Positions 45,130 to 54,546 of a stretch of DNA of 64,000 bases are shown here, one piece after another. The number at the start of each line of letters is the position of its first letter. Position 1 is the stretch's first letter. A program made the translations under genes and the position numbers. Source of the DNA: an uncultured Muribaculaceae bacterium (GTDB taxonomy: Bacteria; Bacteroidota; Bacteroidia; Bacteroidales; UBA932). The notes beneath the pieces are model-generated. The model saw nothing but the letters and a program-made list of their open reading frames with translations, was not told where the DNA came from and did not search any database. The DNA lies in assembly GCA_964598495.1 (NCBI GenBank), contig CAZRBY010000006.1:2624-66623 (forward strand), written 5' to 3'.

Positions 45130-47595
45130 TTAAACTTTTAAAATGTCATTGATAAGTCCGGATGCGGTCTGCAGTGCTCCTGCCCCTGCACCCTGTATAA
45201 CCAACGGAGATGGATAGAACTCCGTTGTGATCAAAGCGCTGTTGTCGGTACCTCTGAGGTTGAAGAGAGGATGGTCAGGGGCAACTTCTTCGAGAGATAT
45301 TCGTGCTCTGTATCCTTTGGGAGCGGACTCGTCTCTAACTAGTGATGCTACATAGCGTTGCCTCAACCCACGGCTTTCAGCCGCAGAAAATGCCTCGGCA
45401 AAATAGGGTTCATTTTCCGAAAGGAGAGAATAAAACTCATCTAAATCTCCCTTGAAATATTTAGGCCCGATGGCCGGAACAAGAGAGACATCCTCCTCTT
45501 CAAGAGCCACTTCCGCCTCGCGAGCGATAATCAGCAGCTTGCGCAAGAGATCTCTGCCGCTTAAGTCCAAACGGGGATCGGGCTCGGTATATCCGGACTC
45601 CTGCGCTTTACGGACCACCTCGGCAAAGGTCAACCCTCTACTAACCCCATAGGTACTGAATATATAGTTTAGCGTACCGGAAAGCACCGCTTCTATTTTT
45701 ATAATTCCATCGCCGCTGTTGAGACTCCTTGCCACAGACTCCAGAATCGGCAATGCCGCACCGGCTGTGGTTTCGTACTTCAACTCCGCTCTCTCTTTAA
45801 GTGCCGATGCCTTCATCTCTCTATACTCCCTGAAAGGCGCGGAAAAGGCAATCTTGTTGCATGCGACCACCGAATAACCGCTTTTAAAGAGAGATGTGTA
45901 CCTGCAGGCTATATCGGGACTTGCAGTGCAATCTACGAATATGGAATTCTCAAGAGAAAGAAGAGCAAGAGTGTTGAAATAAGAATTGTCAGCAGCACTC
46001 TCACCCTGCTTCAGCAATGCTTCGGGGTCACTCAGATCAAGTCCCTCCTTACTTACGACATACCTACGGCTGTTTGAGAGACCGCAAATGCGTAACCGTT
46101 TGCCATACCTGGTTGCGATTGAATCGCCATTGTCTTTTATCAACTTAACAAGAGCTCTGCCCACATTTCCGTATCCCGCTATAAAAAGGTTTGTCTCTCG
46201 GATGCTGTATCTGCTGAAAAATTCTTCGTGTATATGTTGGAGTGCGGAATTGACATCTTGCGAGGAAATTATCACCGAGATATTGCGCTCCGATGAGCCC
46301 TGTGCGGTGGCTCTCACGGAGATACCGTGCCTGCCAAGGGCAGCAAGCATCCTGCCGGTAGTGCCACTCTGATTTAGAATATCGTCACCCACCAAACAAA
46401 CGATTGAAAAACCCTTCTCGATTTTGAGAGGATTGAGTTTGCCAAGGGATATTTCATACGCAAAACATTTGTCTGCCGCCTCCTTAGCCTTTTCAGCGTC
46501 ACTCTCGGAGACTGCTATGCACATTGTGTGTACAGAGGAGGCCTGGGTGATGAGAATAATATTGATATCATTCTGCGAAAGTGTACCGAAGAGACGGCTC
46601 GAAAAGCCGGGGACACCCACCATGCCGCTGCCTTCAAGGGAAAGAAGTGCTATATTGTCGGAGTTGGAGATTCCGATGAACTGTTCTTTGGATTTGGGAG
46701 GGTTGCGCTCAATAAGAGTCCCTTTTTTATCGGAATCAAAAGTGTTCCTTATGTAAATAGGTATTCCTTCGGAAATGACCGGTTGGATGGTAGGGGGATA
46801 GATTACTTTCGCACCGAAATGTGACAATTCGAGAGCAGCCCTGTAGGAGATATTGCCAATTGTGCGTGCCTCCTTGACCACTTTGGGATTGGTAGTCATC
46901 ATACCTGTAACATCAGTCCAGATTTCAAGTATGCGTGCATTGCAGCCCGCAGCAAAGAGTGAGGCAGAATAGTCGCTACCTCCGCGTCCTAGGGTAGTCG
47001 TCCTGCCTTTCTCATCCGACGCAATAAAACCAGGCATCACAAAAAGGCTTGTAACGGGATTACTCTCAAGCATCTGTCGGAGATTTACGAATGTCTTCTG
47101 CTTCTCCACAACATTCTTACCTGCCTCGTTATGTGTAAGGACAATCTCTCTTGAGTCCACCCATTTGGTGGAAATACCCATGGAAGAAAATTTCTGGACA
47201 AGTATGCCGGTTGAGAGGAGTTCACCGAAAGCCTGAATTGCATCAAGACTGGTACTGCTAAGCTCCCCAAGCAGAAATACACCGTTTGAAATACTGCGGA
47301 GCGAATCAAAAAGTGCGGTACAACTGCGGAGCGTAGATTCACGTTTCTCGCGTGGAATAATTTTGCGGATAATCTCATCATGTTTTTCCTGGAGTGAGTC
47401 AATCAGTCCGCGGTAACTTTCGTCACGACATTCTGCGAGCGTGCCGATACGAATAAGGGTATCCGTTGCTCTGTTGATTGCTGAGCAGACAAGAATTGTT
47501 CTGTCAAGCTCAACGGCATTTTTTACTATATCCGTGACTCTGGAAATGGCATCCGCATCCGCAAGGGAAGTGCCTCCAAATTTAAGAACTTGCAT
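45130..47595 (-). CDS. thrA: bifunctional aspartokinase / homoserine dehydrogenase
   Basis: 821 aa with the aspartokinase N-terminus MQVLKFGGTSLAD, ACT region and a C-terminal homoserine dehydrogenase (AGYGNVG Rossmann, GAGA near the end). Confidence 0.92.
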   Translation of the reverse strand: MQVLKFGGTSLADADAISRVTDIVKNAVELDRTILVCSAINRATDTLIRIGTLAECRDESYRGLIDSLQEKHDEIIRKIIPREKRESTLRSCTALFDSLRSISNGVFLLGELSSTSLDAIQAFGELLSTGILVQKFSSMGISTKWVDSREIVLTHNEAGKNVVEKQKTFVNLRQMLESNPVTSLFVMPGFIASDEKGRTTTLGRGGSDYSASLFAAGCNARILEIWTDVTGMMTTNPKVVKEARTIGNISYRAALELSHFGAKVIYPPTIQPVISEGIPIYIRNTFDSDKKGTLIERNPPKSKEQFIGISNSDNIALLSLEGSGMVGVPGFSSRLFGTLSQNDINIILITQASSVHTMCIAVSESDAEKAKEAADKCFAYEISLGKLNPLKIEKGFSIVCLVGDDILNQSGTTGRMLAALGRHGISVRATAQGSSERNISVIISSQDVNSALQHIHEEFFSRYSIRETNLFIAGYGNVGRALVKLIKDNGDSIATRYGKRLRICGLSNSRRYVVSKEGLDLSDPEALLKQGESAADNSYFNTLALLSLENSIFVDCTASPDIACRYTSLFKSGYSVVACNKIAFSAPFREYREMKASALKERAELKYETTAGAALPILESVARSLNSGDGIIKIEAVLSGTLNYIFSTYGVSRGLTFAEVVRKAQESGYTEPDPRLDLSGRDLLRKLLIIAREAEVALEEEDVSLVPAIGPKYFKGDLDEFYSLLSENEPYFAEAFSAAESRGLRQRYVASLVRDESAPKGYRARISLEEVAPDHPLFNLRGTDNSALITTEFYPSPLVIQGAGAGALQTASGLINDILKV

Positions 47596-47601
47596 AATCT
47601 A

Positions 47602-48621
47602 TTAAAGTAAAGGTTGGATAATCTGTTGTAATTGGGGATATTCGAGAAGGAAGCCGTCGTGGCCAAACCTCGATGTAATTTGATGATAACGGGCTCCGGG
47701 GATATTATCAGCCATGAAGTGTTGCTCACAAATGGGAAAGAGCGCATCACTGTCTATCCCAACCACAGTTGTCTCTGCAGTGATGGAGGAAAGGGCAGCA
47801 ACTGCTCCCCCACGTCCCCTGCCAAGATTGTGACTGTCCACCGATCCACATAGGCAGCTGTAGGAGTATGCATCAAACCTGTCGGAGAGTTTCTTACCTT
47901 GATAGCGCTGGTAAGAGGCAGCTCGGGTGGCAAAAAGGGTGTCATCCGATTCCTCCTCCTGTGTGAGATTGTAGCCTTCATAACTTCTATATGAGATTAG
48001 CGCTATGCTCCTGGCGCACCTAAGACCTGCTGCCCCTCCTTCCGGTGAGGCGCAATCTCTGAAGGTTTGGTCAGCCTCAAGCGCCATGCGCTGTGATTCC
48101 ACAGAGGCGGAGAGCCAAGGAGTGACTCTCGGCCCACAGGCTATGAAGATGGCCTTGCGTATCACATCAGGCTCCATTACACACCATTCAAGTGCCTGGA
48201 AACCTCCTATTGAGCCACCGACTATAAGATCGATGCTCTCTATTCCAAGGTGCTTACGTACCAGAATGTTGGCATTTACTATATCTCGGACTGTTACCTT
48301 AGGGAAATCAAAATAGTAGGGATTGCCTGTTTCAGGATTTGTCGTAGCTGGTCCGGAAGAACCATAGCAGGATCCGAGCATATTTGCACAGACCACGAAA
48401 TATCTATCCGTATCAAAGAGAGAACCGGGGCCGACAAGCTCCGGCCACCACTCCGAAGGATCGGAATTGGCAGTAAGCGCATGGCAGATCCAGATGACCT
48501 TACGGCCATCCGAAACTTTGTATGGGAAATCTGATGTATGGAATGTCACCTTGAGGCTGCCAATAGCGACACCGGTCTCAAAAGTGAATATATCCTTGTG
48601 GAAATAGTCGTGTTTTATCAT
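47602..48621 (-). CDS. metX: homoserine O-acetyltransferase
   Basis: It has the alpha/beta-hydrolase nucleophile GGSIGG and a C-terminal SRFGHDGFL motif. The ATG at 48621 gives MIKHDYFHKDIFTFETG; the track's TTG at 48666 is unlikely to be the start. First gene of metX-thrA-metY-asd. Confidence 0.88.
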   Translation of the reverse strand: MIKHDYFHKDIFTFETGVAIGSLKVTFHTSDFPYKVSDGRKVIWICHALTANSDPSEWWPELVGPGSLFDTDRYFVVCANMLGSCYGSSGPATTNPETGNPYYFDFPKVTVRDIVNANILVRKHLGIESIDLIVGGSIGGFQALEWCVMEPDVIRKAIFIACGPRVTPWLSASVESQRMALEADQTFRDCASPEGGAAGLRCARSIALISYRSYEGYNLTQEEESDDTLFATRAASYQRYQGKKLSDRFDAYSYSCLCGSVDSHNLGRGRGGAVAALSSITAETTVVGIDSDALFPICEQHFMADNIPGARYHQITSRFGHDGFLLEYPQLQQIIQPLL

Positions 48622-48663
48622 ATCGTGAAAATAAATGTCTGATAATCTTGTTCGGAAAAAGAA

Positions 48664-48697
48664 CAAAAAAGCCGGAATGCATCTCTTAAAGATGCAT
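48664..48697 (-). promoter_or_regulatory. leader hairpin plus U-tract upstream of metX (terminator/attenuator-like)
   Basis: The minus strand reads ATGCATCT-ttaag-AGATGCAT followed by TCCGGCTTTTTTGTTCTTTTT, about 45-75 nt upstream of the metX ATG. Confidence 0.4.
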
Positions 48698-48825
48698 GCG
48701 CATAGACATAGACGATATGGTAAAAGAATTATTCATTTAATAACTTATGCAAATATATGAATAATTGGTTTTCTTACACAAATCTTTTGTCTTTTTTTAA
48801 AAAATATATAAATTTGTGTCCCGTT

Positions 48826-50289
48826 ATGACTATTGGATTTGACAATAAAAAGTACCTGAAAATTCAGTCCGAACGCATACGGGAGCGCATCGCCCAGTTC
48901 GGTGATAAACTTTACCTCGAATTCGGAGGTAAACTCTTCGACGATCATCATGCCAGCCGCGTTCTGCCGGGTTTCAAGCCCGACAGTAAGCTTCATATGC
49001 TAATGCAGATGTGTGATGATGCCGAAATAGTGATCGTCATAAGTGCAGTCGATATTGAAAAAAATAAAATTCGCAGCGACCTCGGCATCACATACGATAT
49101 GGATGTCCTTCGTCTTCGCCACGAATTTGAAAGTCGAGGTTTTCTTGTAAGTTCTGTAGTCATCACCCACTACAATGGCCAGGCGAGTGCGGACCATTAC
49201 CGCCTTAAACTTGAGCGCATGGGTATCCGTACATTTTACCACTACACCATCGAAGGTTACCCCAACGATGTGGCTCTTATAGATTCGGATGAAGGCTTCG
49301 GGAAGAATGACTATGTCGAGACCTCACGTCCTCTGGTGATTGTCACTTCCCCAGGATCCGGCAGCGGAAAATGTGCAGTATGCCTGAGCCAGCTCTATCA
49401 GCACCAAAAGAGAGGCACTAAGGCCGGTTATGCCAAATTTGAAACATTTCCCGTTTGGAACCTTCCGCTCAAACACCCCATCCATTTGGCTTATGAAGCA
49501 GCCACTGCCGACCTCAATGATGTCAATATGGTAGATCCCTTCCATCTGGAGGCCTACGGTACGATTGCAGTCAACTACAATCGCGACATAGAGATTTTTC
49601 CCGTTCTCAATACCCTTTTCGAAGGAATTTATGGCGAAAACCATTATAAATCCCCCACCGATATGGGTGTAAATATGATTGGATTCTGTATAAGCGATGA
49701 GGAAGTTTGCTGCAATGCTGCACGCAACGAGATTATTCGCAGATATTATAATGCACTTGGAAAACTCGCAGAAGGGGAACTCAACGATGCCGAGGTTAAA
49801 AAAATAGCTCTGGTGATGAAACAAGCAAAGATAACTACTGCTTTCCGACGGACGACAGTGGCTGCCAAAGAGCGCAAAGAGAGGTCTAATGTTCACTCTG
49901 CCGCTATAGAATTGGCTGACGGAACCATCATCACCGCAAAGACGAGTTTTCTTCTTGGCCCCAGCGCAGCATTAATACTTAATGCAACAAAATATCTGGC
50001 CGGCATTGACCACAGCATCAAACTTATTCCCCAGAGCATGATCGAACCTATCCAGAAGACCAAGGTTTCCTACCTTCACGGCAGTAACCCGCGTCTACAT
50101 ACGGATGAAGTGCTTGTAGCATTGTCAATGCTCAGTACCACGGATGATAATTGCCGCCGTGCTCTTGAAAAACTTCCCGAACTCGACGGCTGTCAGGTTC
50201 ACTCGACAGTAATGCTAAGTGAAGTTGACCGCAAGATCTTCAGGAAACTCGGTGTTGATCTTACCTGCGATCCTATTAAGAAATCCTAA
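48826..50289 (+). CDS. DUF1846 (UPF0371) family protein
   Basis: MTIGFDNKKYLKIQSERIRERI...FGGKLFDDHHASRVLPGF is the conserved UPF0371 N-terminus. The ATG at 48826 is preferred over the upstream ATG at 48757. Confidence 0.8.
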   Translation: MTIGFDNKKYLKIQSERIRERIAQFGDKLYLEFGGKLFDDHHASRVLPGFKPDSKLHMLMQMCDDAEIVIVISAVDIEKNKIRSDLGITYDMDVLRLRHEFESRGFLVSSVVITHYNGQASADHYRLKLERMGIRTFYHYTIEGYPNDVALIDSDEGFGKNDYVETSRPLVIVTSPGSGSGKCAVCLSQLYQHQKRGTKAGYAKFETFPVWNLPLKHPIHLAYEAATADLNDVNMVDPFHLEAYGTIAVNYNRDIEIFPVLNTLFEGIYGENHYKSPTDMGVNMIGFCISDEEVCCNAARNEIIRRYYNALGKLAEGELNDAEVKKIALVMKQAKITTAFRRTTVAAKERKERSNVHSAAIELADGTIITAKTSFLLGPSAALILNATKYLAGIDHSIKLIPQSMIEPIQKTKVSYLHGSNPRLHTDEVLVALSMLSTTDDNCRRALEKLPELDGCQVHSTVMLSEVDRKIFRKLGVDLTCDPIKKS

Positions 50290-50816
50290 TCCTGAGAATT
50301 GGCTCTGGGCTTGATGCTGATCTTAAGGTCACAGTCAAGCTCTTCTGCCATGTTCCGAAGGTCACTTAGATATATTGAATCGACCTTGACACAGTTAGTC
50401 CACCAGGGCATACCGCTGTGTGCAAGACCTTTCTTGCGCAACTGCTCAATGAAGTCCTTGTTTGTATAACCTGCATCCAGAATGGCACGACGCAACTCAA
50501 AAAGGCGCTTGGATGAATCAAGGCGAGGATATGCACGCTCTGCAACTTCGATTTCAAGATAATCCGGCATCTCAACCTCCTTGGCACCGCGTCTTGAGAC
50601 CAGACGGTAATCCCAATCATAACCATAGTTGCCAAAGATTTCCTTAATCTTGGAAATTGTCATATCGTCATACTCAAACCATTGCTGCATGGATTGTTTC
50701 GATATTCCTGCTTTTCGGGAGAATGAAGAGACATTTTCACCTGACATTTTAAGGAAGTGAGCGATGAAATCTAAATTAACTAGCGTGGACACTTTGCTTT
50801 GACGTTTTCCTATCAT
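50286..50816 (-). CDS. hypothetical protein with two HTH-like modules (putative DNA-binding regulator)
   Basis: 176 aa. Residues 12-60 or so (LVNLDFIAHFLKMSGENVSSFSRKAGISKQSMQQWF) and 105-165 or so (RLFELRRAILDAGYTNKDFIEQLRKKGLAHSGMPWW...) each look like Cro/XRE-type helix-turn-helix units. I recognise no family. Confidence 0.4.
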   Translation of the reverse strand: MIGKRQSKVSTLVNLDFIAHFLKMSGENVSSFSRKAGISKQSMQQWFEYDDMTISKIKEIFGNYGYDWDYRLVSRRGAKEVEMPDYLEIEVAERAYPRLDSSKRLFELRRAILDAGYTNKDFIEQLRKKGLAHSGMPWWTNCVKVDSIYLSDLRNMAEELDCDLKISIKPRANSQD

Positions 50817-50926
50817 AATGCTTTTTATTTTTTATATTGATTTTGTAGTATCACAAAATTAATAAAAAAAAGCATTATTTAATAATTTATTTTAACTTTT
50901 TTCTTGTTTTTATTGATTTTATAATA

Positions 50927-51190
50927 TTATTTGGATTTAATATCATTTAAACCTCGAAGTGCGGAGATAATACTATGAACACGGTAAGTGATAATACCAG
51001 CCAAATATTCAGGGTCTTCAGAGAGATAGATGGCAAGCGCAAGAGATGAGGGCAGAATGTCGGGTAATTCCTTGTAAAGTGAGTTCAATCCGAGGGCAAT
51101 AAGCTCTTTGGAATGTAGATCATCCCTGTTGATTTCCACAAAGAAGTCGCTGTTGGAGCTGTCAAATGAAATTGTAAGCAGTTTTGTCAT
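50927..51190 (-). CDS. hypothetical small protein (87 aa), no recognisable family
   Basis: ATG-initiated ORF in an AT-rich spacer, co-directional with the tandem-HTH ORF. It has no signal peptide or TM. Whether it is coding is uncertain. Confidence 0.3.
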   Translation of the reverse strand: MTKLLTISFDSSNSDFFVEINRDDLHSKELIALGLNSLYKELPDILPSSLALAIYLSEDPEYLAGIITYRVHSIISALRGLNDIKSK

Positions 51191-51481
51191 ATGTCTGTTT
51201 ATTTGTTAATTATAAGTGGTTTTGTACAAAGAAAAAGATTGAATTCATAAGAAACAGTATCTGCAAGGCTGTTTTAGATTTTTTTTGCGATTGTCGGCAT
51301 CCGTATCATTTTCCAATAAAAGCAATGTGATGAGATTTAGGTTATTGAGAGAATTTGAAGTGATTGATGACTGGTTGAGCAAATAGAAATATTATTTTTC
51401 GGTTTTTTGACACCCCATTGGGAATGGTTTCCGAGAGAGTTTCAATAAAATGGCATTTGTCAGTATATTTTATTTTTTGGT

Positions 51482-51530
51482 AAATGTTTTTCATATTCGC
51501 ATTCGTAACAAAATCGAATAAAAAACATTT
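51482..51530 (+). promoter_or_regulatory. imperfect inverted repeat covering the 5' leader of the large lipoprotein gene
   Basis: AAATGTTTTT-ca-TATTCG (51482-51499) pairs with CGAATA-AAAAACATTT (51515-51530). The right arm ends 3 nt before the ATG at 51534. Confidence 0.5.
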
Positions 51531-51533
51531 GCA

Positions 51534-54500
51534 ATGAAAACACTGAAGAAAATATTATTCGCACTGACTGTGGCCTTGGTTGTGGCCGGGTGCAGGGAAG
51601 ATTCGGGGAGCAATAAGATCACCGGAAATGTGATATTCCTCTCTGTAGTGAAGGATGAAATAGCCACAAGGAGTAGCATTGACGTGGATGACTCCAAGAT
51701 AATGACTTTAGATATCTTTCTTTATAATAATCTGGGGAGACTCTTCGAATCATACAGTTTTTCCAACGGTGAAGTGATCTCAATTGATCTCCCCGTCGGA
51801 CAGAGTTATATGGTATATGCGTTGGCCAATGTCGGCGGATTCACTCCCCCCGTTTCGGAGAGCGAAATGAGAGAGGTTTCAATCGGATGGCCGGGTCTTG
51901 AGGGGATAACTTCGGGTGGCTTTCCAATGGCCCACACAGGAACCTTGACTGTTGCCAATGGCAACAATAGTTATACTATGGAATTTGTACGTCTTGTTGC
52001 AAGATACGACCTTTTGATTGACCGCTGCAACCTGGAAGGAAGTTTTGAGGTAACCGGAGTCAGGCTTCGAAACTCAGCCTACGATGTATTTCCATTTTCT
52101 ATAAGGGCTGCTACTGCGACCCTTGATGGGGATATCGCCAAAACATCAGATCTGCAACTACTTAATACGGGATCAGCAGTTTCCTTTTATATGTATGAAA
52201 ATCTTCAGGGAAATCTTTTGCCGGACAATAGGGACCCTTGGGCTAAAATTCCCGACAACATCCCTGCGGCAAAACATCTCTGCACATTTATCGAAATCGA
52301 GGGTAAATATATCGGAGGTGGTGTTTCTGCAGGACTTAATGCGGAGAAAATGACCTTCAGAATCTATCTCGGGTCTGACAATACCTCTTCATTTGATATT
52401 ACGCGAAACACAATTCAGACACTAACTTTCCTACCTTCGGATAATTCCATTTCCACAGAGTCGTGGAAGGTAGATCCGGGAATTGTGGAGGATAACAGAA
52501 GCATTGGCTGGGACCCACTTGTTCTAAATCTTTTCTCAATGGGGCATGATACGGCAAGCCTTGTGCTCTCTCCTGCCGGCTTACCTATAAGACTGACAGG
52601 CAGCGAGGAGTTTTTAAACGGACACCTGAGTTATTCCCGTCAGGGAGAGAGGGTAATTATTTTCAGCACCTCAAATATTACGGCACCTACAAGTGCCACT
52701 CTGACCGCAGGCACGCTGGACCTTAAAAAAAGTAGCATACTGCAAATCAATGTGGTACCATCACTATTCATTACAGATATGATTGTTGAACCATGCGATA
52801 CATCACTTTTCTATGGAAATAGCATGCAACTTAGCGTAACGGCAATTTGGTCCGACGGTTCTACAAGTGATATTACCGGAGCATGCTCTTGGAGCAACAA
52901 TAAGCCTGATGCAGCCAGCCTCTCCTCGTCTGCCGTCATGACAAACATCTACAAAGGAAGTATGGATTCAGTAAATGTTGTTGTCACTGCCAGTTACAAA
53001 GGAAAAAGCAGTTCGGCTAACATCGTATGTTATCGCAATGGCTATACACGCTACAATTATGAACTCAACCTCAACCCTTCATCTGCGTCAGTGAATGTCG
53101 GTTCCTCGTTCCAAATCACAGCTATTCTGACCACTACGATATTTGTCAACGGAGAGGTAATTGACTCCTCAACTTCCGACGTAACCCATTCTGCCCAGTG
53201 GTCGAGCATCCATCCCGATAAGGCAATAGTTTCCGGTGGTGAGGTAACTGCCTTGGCTACCGGCATTGCAGCAATAATAGCGGTTCATAGCGGAGCCGCA
53301 AATTACACACTTGTGACAATAACACCGCAAACCTCTCCAACCATCACATCGTTGACTATCTCGCCCACCTCAGCCACTATCTCTGCTAATGGAAGCAAAT
53401 CATTTCTCGCAACTGCCACATATTCGGACGGAACAACAAATGATGTTACATCGCTCTGCTCCTGGAGCAGTTCCGACACCGATGCAGCAACTATAAGCAA
53501 CGGTACGGCAACGGGATGCAACACCTCTTCTTCCGTTAAGACGACCTCCATTACAGCTACATTCTCCGGAATGAGTGCTACGGCCAGCCTCTCGGTAGAA
53601 GGAGTGACAAAGAGCCCAATGGCACTCTCAATATATGCATCTCCTTCAACAATTGAATGGAACGGAACATGCCTGCTCTCCGCCGGTGTTATTTGGAGCG
53701 ACGATTCGGTAACTAATGAAACCGATGTCAGCTACATCATCACCTCAGGAGAGGAATATGTATACAACTATCAGGTGGAAGAGGGAATTCTAAGAGGCAA
53801 CAACAGCACATCCACTGCCCGAAGTGTAACTATAAGAGGAACATTCTCATACGGAGGAACGGTTTTGACGGATCACACAAGTGTTACAATCAATGGAAAA
53901 GAAGTTGTTACGGCATCGGATATCGTGTTATATATGAATAGGTATACCGTCGCTCAAGGTGACAGCAATTGTATTCTTTCGGCTATGGTAACCTATAGTG
54001 ATGGCAGTACCGAAACATTTACCTCATCCGGAGTCACCTATTCACTCGAAGGAGAAAATGTATCCTATGCAAATCTCATTGGCAACACAATCGAAGCATC
54101 AAATAGTAGTGACACATACAAACCTGTCACTGTCAGAGTCACCTATTCATACGGCGGAGTCACGGTTACGGATTCGCGAATTCTAAATGTCAGACCGAAA
54201 TATCCTGTCAGTGTGAACATCTCTCCATCTGACAACAACTTCACTTCCCCATCCGGAGTGACACTCAAAGCAGGAGAATCGATTTCATTTACAGCCGTAG
54301 CCACTTACAGTGAAGAAAGCACATCAGACTGTACCTCATCTGCCTTATGGACAATCACCATATTACACTCCGATGGCGGCACAAGGGTAATCAACGGTAA
54401 CAGCGTCTCCTACGGCGAACTATATGACGAACAAGAATACCCCATTACAGGTGTTACCGTAACAGCCTCATACACAACTGACGACGGCCTGCAGAGCACT

Positions 54501-54542
54501 ACCGCCACCGGTACGCTCTCCGGATTGATAAGATTGCAATAG
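51534..54542 (+). CDS. large surface lipoprotein: fimbrillin-like (Mfa/FimB/DUF4906-type) N-terminal region plus six Big_2-like Ig repeats
   Basis: 1002 aa with a lipobox (VVAGC, Cys20). The N-terminal 330 aa carry fimbrillin-family hallmarks (LDIFLYN, VRLVARYDL, FYMYENLQG, CTFIEIEGKY). Residues 415-1000 or so (nt 52776-54539) hold six modules of about 90 aa with the recurring pattern A(T/V)xYSDGSTxDVTxxxxWSS...A.I, as in bacterial Ig-like group 2 domains. Confidence 0.7.
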   Translation: MKTLKKILFALTVALVVAGCREDSGSNKITGNVIFLSVVKDEIATRSSIDVDDSKIMTLDIFLYNNLGRLFESYSFSNGEVISIDLPVGQSYMVYALANVGGFTPPVSESEMREVSIGWPGLEGITSGGFPMAHTGTLTVANGNNSYTMEFVRLVARYDLLIDRCNLEGSFEVTGVRLRNSAYDVFPFSIRAATATLDGDIAKTSDLQLLNTGSAVSFYMYENLQGNLLPDNRDPWAKIPDNIPAAKHLCTFIEIEGKYIGGGVSAGLNAEKMTFRIYLGSDNTSSFDITRNTIQTLTFLPSDNSISTESWKVDPGIVEDNRSIGWDPLVLNLFSMGHDTASLVLSPAGLPIRLTGSEEFLNGHLSYSRQGERVIIFSTSNITAPTSATLTAGTLDLKKSSILQINVVPSLFITDMIVEPCDTSLFYGNSMQLSVTAIWSDGSTSDITGACSWSNNKPDAASLSSSAVMTNIYKGSMDSVNVVVTASYKGKSSSANIVCYRNGYTRYNYELNLNPSSASVNVGSSFQITAILTTTIFVNGEVIDSSTSDVTHSAQWSSIHPDKAIVSGGEVTALATGIAAIIAVHSGAANYTLVTITPQTSPTITSLTISPTSATISANGSKSFLATATYSDGTTNDVTSLCSWSSSDTDAATISNGTATGCNTSSSVKTTSITATFSGMSATASLSVEGVTKSPMALSIYASPSTIEWNGTCLLSAGVIWSDDSVTNETDVSYIITSGEEYVYNYQVEEGILRGNNSTSTARSVTIRGTFSYGGTVLTDHTSVTINGKEVVTASDIVLYMNRYTVAQGDSNCILSAMVTYSDGSTETFTSSGVTYSLEGENVSYANLIGNTIEASNSSDTYKPVTVRVTYSYGGVTVTDSRILNVRPKYPVSVNISPSDNNFTSPSGVTLKAGESISFTAVATYSEESTSDCTSSALWTITILHSDGGTRVINGNSVSYGELYDEQEYPITGVTVTASYTTDDGLQSTTATGTLSGLIRLQ

Positions 54543-54546
54543 ATAA

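Noticed and set aside
48809-48816. TAAATTTG promoter box only 10 nt upstream of the DUF1846 ATG (possible leaderless transcript)
   Set aside because: The spacing is too tight to decide without transcription-start-site data, and the alternative ATG at 48757 complicates interpretation. It is not reported as a feature.
48622-48825. SAM-I riboswitch call for the metX leader
   Set aside because: I could not find the conserved SAM-I blocks (for example the GAGGGA/GGC...GCAACC-type core). I report only the hairpin plus U-tract, and no riboswitch class is asserted.
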